A program made the position numbers and the translations under genes. Below the pieces are notes generated by a model. The model did not search any database and had not been told where the DNA came from. It saw nothing but the letters and a program-made list of their open reading frames with translations. DNA of 64,000 nt from an uncultured virus (IMG/VR IMGVR_UViG_3300024302_000003) (taxonomy: Duplodnaviria; Heunggongvirae; Uroviricota; Caudoviricetes), in IMG/VR virus record IMGVR_UViG_3300024302_000003. One strand, given 5' to 3'. Of this stretch, positions 9,819-19,400 are shown piece after piece. Every line of letters begins with the position of its first letter. The first letter of the stretch is position 1.

Positions 9819-11674
9819 TACTTCTTAACCTTTTTCCCTAGCGTTGCTTTTGCTATCTCTAGATCGTCTATGACTTTGCTAACATAGTCTAAAGCTCTTG
9901 TAACGTTTACTTCATCCGCCAAAGGTACACCTAGGCGAACTTGAAAAAGAAGCTTCGCTAATATAGATTCTAACTGTTTAATATCCTCTACATAAACTAG
10001 CGCATCTAATACATCTAGATCATTTATAAAGTTGAGACCAAGCATGGCCTCGACCGAAGAATCAGGTATGAGTTTATCTTCTGCTAAACTAACTAACTCA
10101 TGAGGTACATTAAGATTAATCTTTGTGTCTTTAAAGGGAGAAACGTTTCCTATAGTAACCTCTCCATTGTGTTGCCAAACTGAAGCTATGATAGCTCTAG
10201 AGGTTCCTTCAGAAAAACCTAAATTGATTAAGTACCAAATTAAAGCATTCTCATCGGTTGCATACTTCCCAAAGTTAGCATCAAAATCTTTGTCATCCAG
10301 TGTTACTAGTTTCTCAGCTACTTTACCTTTAATATAATAATGCGGTACACCCTCTGCATTAAAACCTTTTATCTTAATTGAGTAGCCTAGATTATCCGCC
10401 AATACGGAAGCAAAGGATTTATCTGTTAAATAGGTAAGGCTAATCTTGTTGTTGCCAACCTTATTTAATTTATAACTTGTTGGTATGTAATAAATTACTT
10501 CTCCTTCCATATCTTCCGCAACATCCCCTAGATTTGAAAAAGGCGCGTCAACTTCTTTGGAATACTTAATAGTAATTTCCTTCCCGAAGTGTGTTTTAGC
10601 TTTAAAAACTAAACCCTTGTTGACAACAGATGGTTTTTCTAAAGCTGTAAAAGGTGCAGTGCAACGCTGCTCAGCTCCTTCTGTAAAGCTAAAACAATAC
10701 TGCTTATGTTTCTCTATAGTGGTAACGCGAGGGGCATGCGAATCTCTTAAGTAGTAACCTGAGAAACCTTCCCCAATGGTATAGTCTTCTCCATTATACC
10801 ACATAGAAAAGCCTAAAGGCCTTGCTAATAAATCCGTTACGGTTTCTACATGATAGCCTATCAGCGTGTTATTTTTACTCGTAATAACCGAAGACATGCC
10901 TGATGCAGTTAAAGGCTTTGGGGCCTCCATAAAATCTTCGGCTATGAAAGGTTTTCTGTCCTCTCTTGAGATAAAGATATTATCGCTCCTATCCATCTCT
11001 TGGGCCAGATTTACGTCGTATTTGGAAAGCTCTTCGAGGATCTTCTCGCGGCCTTCTATCTTAGTAATATTAAATCTATCATCGCTAGCCAGCGCTATCC
11101 AGCCTTTGTGGTTTGAGGAATAAAAAATCCATAAAGCTCTATATGGAATATCTTTTAGGAGCGATTTTATTCTCTTGGCAATTAGGTTGTCTTCTTTCTT
11201 GCCCATAGAATCGAGAATAATTTTAAGCATTCCTGGTCCGATACCTGCTTTTTTAGCCCCCGCTTTAAAAAGGCTTGCTGTTTTTCTTATATTATTATTA
11301 GATTTCTTTCCTGGAGGGCTCGTTTTTACCGGCATGTCTCCTCTACCTTTTCTCTTGGGTTTAAGTTTCCCCATAGATTTTCCTAAATATTCAGTTAAGC
11401 GTGTTATAGTTAATGGAATGTATTGCGTGTCATCGACAATGAAAACATCTAGATTGCTCAGAGAGAACTCAGATATTACTAGCGGTATAACAGCGCTCAT
11501 GCCGGTTGATTTATTCTCTAACATAATACCACCCATGGCGGTGCCCGAACTCGGATCAACCGTTTTGAACTTAATGCCCTGCATATAATCAGCTATGAAA
11601 GGGTAGTCAGAGTAGATAAACTCTAAAATCTGCTGAGGCCAAAAATTATGGTCATTTCCTAATTGTCTTTTCAT
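9818..11674 (-). CDS. probable virion (head-associated) protein
   Basis: 618 aa, structural strand, KTAS motif after a basic linker. Confidence 0.5.
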   Translation of the reverse strand: MKRQLGNDHNFWPQQILEFIYSDYPFIADYMQGIKFKTVDPSSGTAMGGIMLENKSTGMSAVIPLVISEFSLSNLDVFIVDDTQYIPLTITRLTEYLGKSMGKLKPKRKGRGDMPVKTSPPGKKSNNNIRKTASLFKAGAKKAGIGPGMLKIILDSMGKKEDNLIAKRIKSLLKDIPYRALWIFYSSNHKGWIALASDDRFNITKIEGREKILEELSKYDVNLAQEMDRSDNIFISREDRKPFIAEDFMEAPKPLTASGMSSVITSKNNTLIGYHVETVTDLLARPLGFSMWYNGEDYTIGEGFSGYYLRDSHAPRVTTIEKHKQYCFSFTEGAEQRCTAPFTALEKPSVVNKGLVFKAKTHFGKEITIKYSKEVDAPFSNLGDVAEDMEGEVIYYIPTSYKLNKVGNNKISLTYLTDKSFASVLADNLGYSIKIKGFNAEGVPHYYIKGKVAEKLVTLDDKDFDANFGKYATDENALIWYLINLGFSEGTSRAIIASVWQHNGEVTIGNVSPFKDTKINLNVPHELVSLAEDKLIPDSSVEAMLGLNFINDLDVLDALVYVEDIKQLESILAKLLFQVRLGVPLADEVNVTRALDYVSKVIDDLEIAKATLGKKVKK

Positions 11675-11689
11675 TTTTTCTAGTATTTG

Positions 11690-12892
11690 TTAGTATTCTG
11701 GTAAGCAAGCCGCTCCCACTATAGTACCAGAAGAATTTAAACCTGCCGTAGCGGTAGTCATGCCTTGAACGGTTAAATTACCAGCTATCGTCACATTACC
11801 CATAAAAGTAGTATTGGGACACTGTATTTTAACATCTGAGGCCGATATCGCCACAGTACCTCCGCTATTCAGCACTACTGTACTTGTCGCTGCAACAAGA
11901 ATAGTGCTGGCATTAATCATTACTGTTCCTTCTGTGCCAGTTAGACCTCCTTTCATGGAAACAATAGGAGCTTGTAATGTAGCCATCTGCGTTAAGGGTT
12001 CTAGATCAAAACTTAAGGGAGCTGTTAATTTTAAAGCCTGTAATGCAGTCACTGGTTGACGTGCATTCGCCATCTCTGGTCCTGGTAGCCCTGACATGAT
12101 AGAATAACCACCAGACTTAGTTGCTATTATTGCTGCTGTATTATTGAAATTTTGTAAATGAATAGGAGTAATCGGATTTGCTTCTATCTCCAAACTGGAC
12201 ATACCTAAATTTCCCTGCTCTGTATATACAAACTGTCCCCAATTATCACTAGCCTTGGCTCTTACAAGGCGTGTATATTGTCCTGGTCTTGGTACCCCTG
12301 GCGGCGCAGCATTACCAATTAAGGGATGAGGTCCCCATGTTTCATGACCACTTTCAGTGAATAGGCTGTATCTCCAAGTTTCTACTTCTATGGAATTCGT
12401 TTCCCCCTCAACTTTTATATGACTGCTATTCGCTTTGAGCTCTATCCCGCCTGATTTATCTAAGAAAATAAACGACGACCGCTCTGGCATTTTAACACGC
12501 GGCCCTCCTATAACAACCTCACCTGGTGACATAGGGCGATTGAACCCCCCAACAACAGGGAGGTTAGCTGTTGCATCAGTAAGTGCAGATAAAACAGAAC
12601 CTAAAATATAGATAAGCCCATGCATTGTTTCCCCTACTAAAACCTCTTCGTCTCTGTTAAACAGCCGAATAAAGCCTGCATTTGTTTTCGGATCATACGA
12701 GCCGGGCATCATCGGGATGTTATTTAACTCCGTAGCATCCTCTAATACAACTGTAAACAATCCACTATATACACTCTGTGGGATACCATTTTTTATAATA
12801 GGCTCAGCACCTTTTATCTTCCCATGCCATAGTTTTGCCCATTTAGGACCAGAAAAAGGAGCAGGAGCAGTAAAATTAGTAAGACGGGGCAT
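11690..12892 (-). CDS. baseplate central spike / gpV-gp5-like protein
   Basis: C-terminal beta-helix-like repeats (VVLNSGGTVAISAS...GNVTIAGNLTVQG); start set at MPRLTNF because the longer ORF overlaps the RT. Confidence 0.55.
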   Translation of the reverse strand: MPRLTNFTAPAPFSGPKWAKLWHGKIKGAEPIIKNGIPQSVYSGLFTVVLEDATELNNIPMMPGSYDPKTNAGFIRLFNRDEEVLVGETMHGLIYILGSVLSALTDATANLPVVGGFNRPMSPGEVVIGGPRVKMPERSSFIFLDKSGGIELKANSSHIKVEGETNSIEVETWRYSLFTESGHETWGPHPLIGNAAPPGVPRPGQYTRLVRAKASDNWGQFVYTEQGNLGMSSLEIEANPITPIHLQNFNNTAAIIATKSGGYSIMSGLPGPEMANARQPVTALQALKLTAPLSFDLEPLTQMATLQAPIVSMKGGLTGTEGTVMINASTILVAATSTVVLNSGGTVAISASDVKIQCPNTTFMGNVTIAGNLTVQGMTTATAGLNSSGTIVGAACLPEY

Positions 12893-12925
12893 TTTAAAAA
12901 TGTATATAACTAGGTATAAAACCGT

Positions 12926-14107
12926 ATGACAGAACGTTACAAGTCGCATATCATACCGAAACAAAATTCCAAAGGTTTCAGAATCATACATGAGTTTGCA
13001 GATATTAGCAAACACAAAGAAGCTTTAGGCTATATACGATCTTTTTATAAGGCGGTTCCTTTATTAGACCGAAATAACCGTAAAGTCTCTCTATATAACA
13101 CTGTGCATGGTTACCCGTATGGTAATCCTAACATGATCTCTCTATTACGGCGTTTCTTAAAAGAGGATGAATCTAAACCTAATAGTATCTTGTGCGGGTT
13201 CGATCTAACTAATTTTTATCATTTTATTACTAAAGCAAAACTTAAGAACTCAGCTTTTTCTAACTTAATGCCTCACTTAGACCAGGCTTTTGTCTCAATA
13301 GGGAATAGCATTGAAGTACTGTCGCAAGGGAGCCCGCTATCACAAGATATCTCTAATATGTGTTTACTGGAAACAGATCTTAAGATAATGGCCCTACTCA
13401 ATACATTTAATACTTGGACTAAGAGAACAGAGACGGTACTACTTAACCCAGGGAATATGTCTCAGCATTTTAACCTTCCATTAGATTACGAGTTTGAGCA
13501 TAGGTACGACATGCCTATTATATATAAAAGCGGTAGTAGCTATCTATCGAATTTAATTGGACCTGTAAAGGCAGCGAAAATAACTGCTATTTATGAGAAA
13601 AAGGAAGTAAGCGAGGTTTTGCGTGCTTCTTATATGAGATACGTGGACAATATTTATATCTTAGTTCGCGGTGTGGAAGATATACCTTCTTCTCTACTTA
13701 AGGACATAGCTACTGCCTTAACTACACGCAGTAAGACTTTTTTCCTTAAGAAGCAGTTTGATATAAATTATCGTAAAGATAGCGTCTCTTCTACAATGAG
13801 TAATAGAAAAATGCCTATTTTAGGTTTAAATGCTTCTAAGCGCCTTAAGTGCAGTAGATATTATCTTAATAACCTAAGAGCTGGCTTGTTTCAGTTTGCA
13901 CAGGGACGCTGGGAAGATATTCCTCAAAGTTTGGTTTCGTCCGTAATCTATGCTCTATACGTAGACCCTCGTTCTCATAACCGTCTACGGAAATGTATGA
14001 AACTGATACGAGAAAAAGATCTATCTAAGGCGCCTAATGCAAAAATACTCATCTCTTTTACCGATACTAAAAATAAATTAACACATGAACTACCAAGCGC
14101 TTATTGA
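12926..14107 (+). CDS. divergent retron-like reverse transcriptase
   Basis: YKSHIIPKQNSKGFRII, HGY, FDLTNFYHFI, LSQGSPLSQDISN, YMRYVDNI, INYRKD and ILGL match RT domains 1-7 in order and resemble retron RT consensus. Confidence 0.85.
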   Translation: MTERYKSHIIPKQNSKGFRIIHEFADISKHKEALGYIRSFYKAVPLLDRNNRKVSLYNTVHGYPYGNPNMISLLRRFLKEDESKPNSILCGFDLTNFYHFITKAKLKNSAFSNLMPHLDQAFVSIGNSIEVLSQGSPLSQDISNMCLLETDLKIMALLNTFNTWTKRTETVLLNPGNMSQHFNLPLDYEFEHRYDMPIIYKSGSSYLSNLIGPVKAAKITAIYEKKEVSEVLRASYMRYVDNIYILVRGVEDIPSSLLKDIATALTTRSKTFFLKKQFDINYRKDSVSSTMSNRKMPILGLNASKRLKCSRYYLNNLRAGLFQFAQGRWEDIPQSLVSSVIYALYVDPRSHNRLRKCMKLIREKDLSKAPNAKILISFTDTKNKLTHELPSAY

Positions 14108-14744
14108 GTTTCAAATAGAGTGTCTAGACAAATACATAGAAAGAAAGGTAAGCTCTGACGAAAAATTAAAGGGCTTGGCAAGAAAGAGGATACTAGATGA
14201 GGAGGGAAATGCTTTACTGATTAATATGCCTAAATATTATAAAATACTTTGTTTTACCTGTGGAATGATACGACCTCTTTATGCATCAAGGTTACCTGAA
14301 AAATCTAACCCCTCTATTGGGAGATTAAAAGAGATCCTTGAAACGGCCTCTGCTACAAGATCTTTCTTACCCCGAAGTATAAATCTATCCAGTACTATAT
14401 TTGCTTACTTAAACCCTTTTGAATTTCGTTGTTACACTAATACCGCAAAGGTTATTTTATTTAAAACTAGGGGATCTTTAAAATTTCCTTATAAAACATC
14501 CATGCAGATAACAGAAGGAAAAGATGAAATCTTTTTATCTGATCCAGTAGAAAAAGATATGCACCTATTAATAGAAGAAATAGCTTACAGTTTTTATACG
14601 AGGATTAAACTAGATGAACTTAATAGAGAACAAGAGGTACAAGGTATACAAAACATAAGTACTATAAAAGAAAAAGATTATATTCCAGTAGAAAAAGGTT
14701 TAGATATAGAAGAACCTATAAAAAGTATAATCGAAAAGGCTTAA
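14085..14744 (+). CDS. unknown protein translationally coupled to the RT (candidate partner/effector)
   Basis: Overlaps the RT 3' end by 23 nt; no recognisable motif. Confidence 0.6.
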   Translation: MNYQALIEFQIECLDKYIERKVSSDEKLKGLARKRILDEEGNALLINMPKYYKILCFTCGMIRPLYASRLPEKSNPSIGRLKEILETASATRSFLPRSINLSSTIFAYLNPFEFRCYTNTAKVILFKTRGSLKFPYKTSMQITEGKDEIFLSDPVEKDMHLLIEEIAYSFYTRIKLDELNREQEVQGIQNISTIKEKDYIPVEKGLDIEEPIKSIIEKA

Positions 14745-15085
14745 AATTCCCAGTCAAAACTACAGCTTGAACAAGCTATCTTCCTTTCCTCGCTGTCTAC
14801 CCTCCACTCGGCTCCGCACCTCGTGCAATCGTTTGGGGGAACAGACATTAACCACTTTTGATAATCTTCCTCTGCTTTGTCATGTACAATTCGATGACAT
14901 ACATTACAAAGTAGAGCCAGATTAACAGCGTTATTTAAATAACGCCACCCACGCCCTCTACCTCGTGTAACAATATGATGCACCTCTAATCTTTTTTTTG
15001 AGAAACAATGCTCACATCTATTACAAGCTCGTTTATATACATAAGCAATAGTTTTTTTGCTTAAGCCGTGTTGGGAATGCGTCAT
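14741..15085 (-). CDS. HNH endonuclease
   Basis: CEHC...LEVHHI...NLALLCNVCH. Confidence 0.85.
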   Translation of the reverse strand: MTHSQHGLSKKTIAYVYKRACNRCEHCFSKKRLEVHHIVTRGRGRGWRYLNNAVNLALLCNVCHRIVHDKAEEDYQKWLMSVPPNDCTRCGAEWRVDSEERKIACSSCSFDWEF

Positions 15086-15477
15086 TAAAGCTCTATATAG
15101 TAAGCAGTGCCTGATATGAAAAACTGCCCACTGCTTTCAGTAGCCTGTAACATAAGGGTGGCTCCTTTTGTTAGTACAATAGGATTACTTAACGATAAAG
15201 AATTTACAACTGGAGTAGTACCCATATGCATTCCTTTTAAAAGATCATTTGATCCTGTATCCTCGCCATCAGTAAACCTGAAATCTCCAGTCGTGCTTGA
15301 GGCGCCAGCAAAGCAAGTTATAGTCCACCCCAAAAGTAATATTCTTTTACTAGCTGATGAGGGGGCAACTATAATAGAATTTGCTATTGGGACACTTCCA
15401 TTTGTCTCTAAAGAAAAAGAAGCACATAAGGTAGGTTTTGCATTACCTGTTAAATCATTAATATTTCTAATAGTCAT
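15085..15477 (-). CDS. probable virion beta-rich protein, paralog of the C-terminus of 1..504
   Basis: TNGSVPIANSIIVAP vs TNGANPVTNDTLIAAP; ISGTAYY vs LTGVLYY. Confidence 0.55.
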   Translation of the reverse strand: MTIRNINDLTGNAKPTLCASFSLETNGSVPIANSIIVAPSSASKRILLLGWTITCFAGASSTTGDFRFTDGEDTGSNDLLKGMHMGTTPVVNSLSLSNPIVLTKGATLMLQATESSGQFFISGTAYYIEL

Positions 15478-15803
15478 TATTTACCACCACATCCTTTACA
15501 CCCTTTACCATTAGTGGGTTTAATAAGGAAGTATTCTAATAACATTATAAACCAACTTGTGCCCGATGCTATACAGCCATCGAAAAAGAAATTCCCGGTT
15601 ATGCCTTGTCCGCATAAGCTTACTATTAAACCTGCCCAGAAACCCACGCATAAGGGACAGTTAAAAAAGGTATGTAACGATCTCCAGGGTTTAAAGCCTC
15701 GTAACTTTTCATACCAAAAGCGCCTGAAGCCTTCAAAAATACTGCCTTTAGTTATTATAGCTGTAACGCCGAAACTGATTAAAGTAAAAGGGATGATGGA
15801 CAT
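15477..15803 (-). CDS. DUF1360-like membrane protein
   Basis: Hydrophobic helices with IFEGFR and CPLCVGFW motifs. Confidence 0.65.
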   Translation of the reverse strand: MSIIPFTLISFGVTAIITKGSIFEGFRRFWYEKLRGFKPWRSLHTFFNCPLCVGFWAGLIVSLCGQGITGNFFFDGCIASGTSWFIMLLEYFLIKPTNGKGCKGCGGK

Positions 15804-15807
15804 TATT

Positions 15808-16488
15808 TTAATTTGGAAGAATCTCTTTAACACGAAGTAAATCTACTTTAGTATTCCATTTGGAAGCTAAAAATTTTATAGCATATAACGTAGATTCATC
15901 ATAGTTTGCATCTTCTACCTTAAATTGTATAGCAGAAGAAGGCGCAGTCAAGCAATTTAAACCTAAAGAATGCAGATGCATTTGATGATCATATTGACCT
16001 AAACATACATTATTAAATGGAGGTTCGTATCTATAACTGTCCACGCGCCAAGACCAAAGACAATCATCTAATACATGAGCTAAATGTCGGGAGGGGACTT
16101 CGTTTCCATCTATACTCTCCCAATTACCATGTATAAAATACCCAATTGCCCCTATAGCGCCTATAGTTTTATCCCTTCGATGTTGCTGAAGGTAAGAAAA
16201 ATAATCTTCAGTTATTATAGTCCCTGGAGCGATTCTGGTTACCCAGTCGGCTTTAGGGTATAACTCGTATATCTTATTACGGTTTAAATAACCGCCAGCA
16301 AAAACTTTTGGGTTACACACAATAACTCTAGATTCTTCTGTAGTCCATTTCTTAGCCTCTAGGTAAGAGTCATAGGTTTCAGGAAGAAGAACAAACCAAA
16401 AAGCTCTTCCCACACATTTTAAGAGACTCTCGTAGGTATTCTTTGCTGCAATACCCATCGAGCCTTTATCACACAGTATAACTTCCAT
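15808..16488 (-). CDS. degenerate GT-A/GT2-like protein
   Basis: General GT2 layout (NPKVFAGGYLNRN, IGAIG, VLDDCL) but no DxD motif. Confidence 0.35.
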   Translation of the reverse strand: MEVILCDKGSMGIAAKNTYESLLKCVGRAFWFVLLPETYDSYLEAKKWTTEESRVIVCNPKVFAGGYLNRNKIYELYPKADWVTRIAPGTIITEDYFSYLQQHRRDKTIGAIGAIGYFIHGNWESIDGNEVPSRHLAHVLDDCLWSWRVDSYRYEPPFNNVCLGQYDHQMHLHSLGLNCLTAPSSAIQFKVEDANYDESTLYAIKFLASKWNTKVDLLRVKEILPN

Positions 16489-19400
16489 CTAGAATTCACC
16501 TTTTGTACCTGGCTTATCCTTAAAATCACCTAAAAGCCAAGAGTTTATAGGGTTGATGCTGCGTATTTTGGCAACTGAGCCTTTTATAGCCGCCTCTGGA
16601 ATAGCTGTTCTAGCTTCTCTTCTTGCAGATTGTGCCAAGAAATCATTACGTAACAAGGGTACTCTATTAGCCCCCTCTAAGCGTGCCGCATATTTTATGA
16701 GGGCGCCATTTTTGTTTAATTTATCTAATACTGCTATTTTCTCCATATCACCTGGCTCATACTTAAGAGAAGTTCCTGGATCTATTACACGCGCATGCTC
16801 AGTCAGGGAGCGACTTAAGACTTCGAAGTGTATGGGGTTTAAGGAAATTCCATTAGAAGAATACAGGTTCCGCATGCTATTTGTCAAGTACTTTCTTGCC
16901 CCTAATAAGCCTTCTACTTCAAGTACTTTTCTAGGATGCCTTAATCCTGTAGTGAGTGCCTGTCCTCGTTCCACGCGTTGATCCTTTTTAACCAAAGGAT
17001 TAACTATATCTGTAGCATGATATTTTCTATCATCTACGTGTATGTCCCAGCCCCCACCTAACGCTTTCTCTACTTTGGTTACAAAACCTGTAGACTCGGC
17101 CACAGGAGCTTCATTAAAAAAACTATTAGGTATCTTACCAAATAGGTTGTTTGCATCTCGTGCTAAGGTCTTAGGCCCTCCTTCTTCTGAACCCTTTCCT
17201 GAGTGAAAAACACGCATTAAACCTTGTGTAATACTTTCACTAGTTACTTGAGCAGCTTCCGCGCCAACATGGTCTCCTATAGTTGGTAATCTAAACTGAT
17301 CATTTAGACCGTGACATTTTACGCAAATACCTTGTACCGCTTCGCATGTTAATGGCGAGCGTACCAGGAACATCTTTTTCTTGTGTGTTTTTAAATATAC
17401 CTCATCAATAGGAGAAGAACCATCCACTAGAAAACGCCCTATTATGAAAGGGTCTGTGCGAGACAAGCTGATGCCTTTTGTTGTCAAACAGTCTTTTTCA
17501 GTTATAACAAGCTCCATTCCAGCATGTACTTCATCCTTGCTTAGCTCCCCTCCTTTAGCAACGCCTCTTACTTTAGAAATCATTCCGCTTCTAGCTGCAA
17601 ACTGAGTATTTATATAATCAGAAGCATTCATACCTTGAGCATAACCAGTAGATAGAGAGTTGTCTTGTAAACCCTGTCCAGCTACTCCTTCCATGAAGCC
17701 AGGCGTGTATAGCATCTGCGTCAGATTACTCCATTTCCCTTTTGCACCAGATCTCTTCATATCATAAAGGCGATTCTTATCGAAAAAACTTTTAAAGGTT
17801 TTTTGAGTTTTAGCCATACCCTTGTCTAAGTTATCTGCGTACTTATTATCTTTACCGTATACATCTACTAGAGATGCGACCTGCTTATCTAAAGCCTTTG
17901 GTGTAGTAATATCATTTAAAGATATACTAAAGCCAGCAAGGTATACATACTTATTTCCTAAGTCTTTTAAGGTGTTTAAAAGATCGGCAGCTTTTGATGC
18001 ACTCTCTTTATATATAGCTTTAATTAAGTCTTGAATAACGCCTTTATCCAGACTTTTCCCTTTTATAATGGAATGATATTTAGCTGGAATATTCTTGTAT
18101 AAAATAGCCCAACCTAAGCTTACTTTTTTACCTTGTATAGTTACTTCATCGTTTAAAGTTATCTCGTTTTTTAGGAAAGAAGCCTCTGCTGCACTTAGAT
18201 TTGTGTACGTTTTCTGTGAGCTCTTTCCTTTTTTACTCAATATATAAAGACCGAGGACAGCCTCGTTAGAAGGCATTGGCAAGATATTGCGATCAGGACC
18301 GAACAAAGAGTTGCTTGGCATCAGCTTTCTAGCTGCTTCAAGTCGTGCACCTTCTGTAACTGGAACATGCATATTCATTGTGTCCCATACAAAATAACCA
18401 TAATCAGTAGCAAAGTTTTTGTAATCCTTAACGGTGATATCATACATATCAATAGTGCGCCCTGTCTTTCTGGAAGAAGTAATTAAGCCCCATCTAACGG
18501 CTTTGTTCTGTACTAATTTCATATATTCCCTAGGTAAAACTTCCAGCTCCTCATCTGTCATATGTGATAAAAAGAAATTGAAAGCTGCACGAGTCCATGG
18601 CTCATAGCCGAGTTCTATCCAATCGCTATAAGATTTTAATGAATAAGCATAGCGTAATTTATTAGCTTTCATTTTTGAATCTATTCTAAATCGGGTAGTT
18701 TCAAGAATGAGCATACTTACAAAAGTAGGTACAGGGATAAAATCGTGTGCCTTTAAAGATATACTTAGTAGCTTGCTATCATCCAAGAAGGCCCGGCTTA
18801 GAGCAGAGAAATAGTGCGCATTCTTCAGGTAAAAATTCTTTACATCTAATTGTTTAAACTCTAAGCTATAGATAGAGCAGTTTTTAATTTTCTTCGAAGT
18901 GAATGTACCATCTACGCCAACGGACTGGACCAGCTTTGCTATGTCATCTAAGAAGGCTTTGTTCTTTGTTTCTCTTATAGCAAAAGAATCTTTATTAAGC
19001 ATGATAGAGGCTTCAATTAGGCCAGACACAAAGGCTTCTCTTTCTTTTTTAGAAACACCTATTAAAAAAGAAGGGAGCCTTAACTCATCATTCAAGTAGA
19101 CGTTAGAGTCTATCCAGTTTAAAATAAAAGGACTAATGAAGCGGCCTTGTGTATCAAAATGAGCCTCTTTATACTCATTAACTAGCCTAGCTCTACCTTC
19201 TAGGAAAGTAGAATTGCTAAAAGTGTATCCCCCGACACGTTTTTTATTATTGCGCGTAGAGCCAGTAAAGAAACCTAGACTAGATATTAAATGCAGTCTT
19301 TCTTGTTCTGAGCGGCTATTAGATACGCCCTCAAACTTATTTGGATTAGCATACTCAATATCAAAAAGACGAGGGACACATAGAAAAGAAGCGTCGGCTG

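Noticed and set aside
12893..13015. N-terminal extension of the spike ORF to 13015
   Set aside because: Would overlap the conserved RT N-terminus; ATG 12892 leaves a short divergent promoter gap
12926..14107. DGR or group II intron RT
   Set aside because: No adenine-mismatched TR/VR pair or intron domain V/VI noticed by eye; the N-terminal IPK..G.R.I and overall layout are retron-like (a self-alignment would settle the DGR question)
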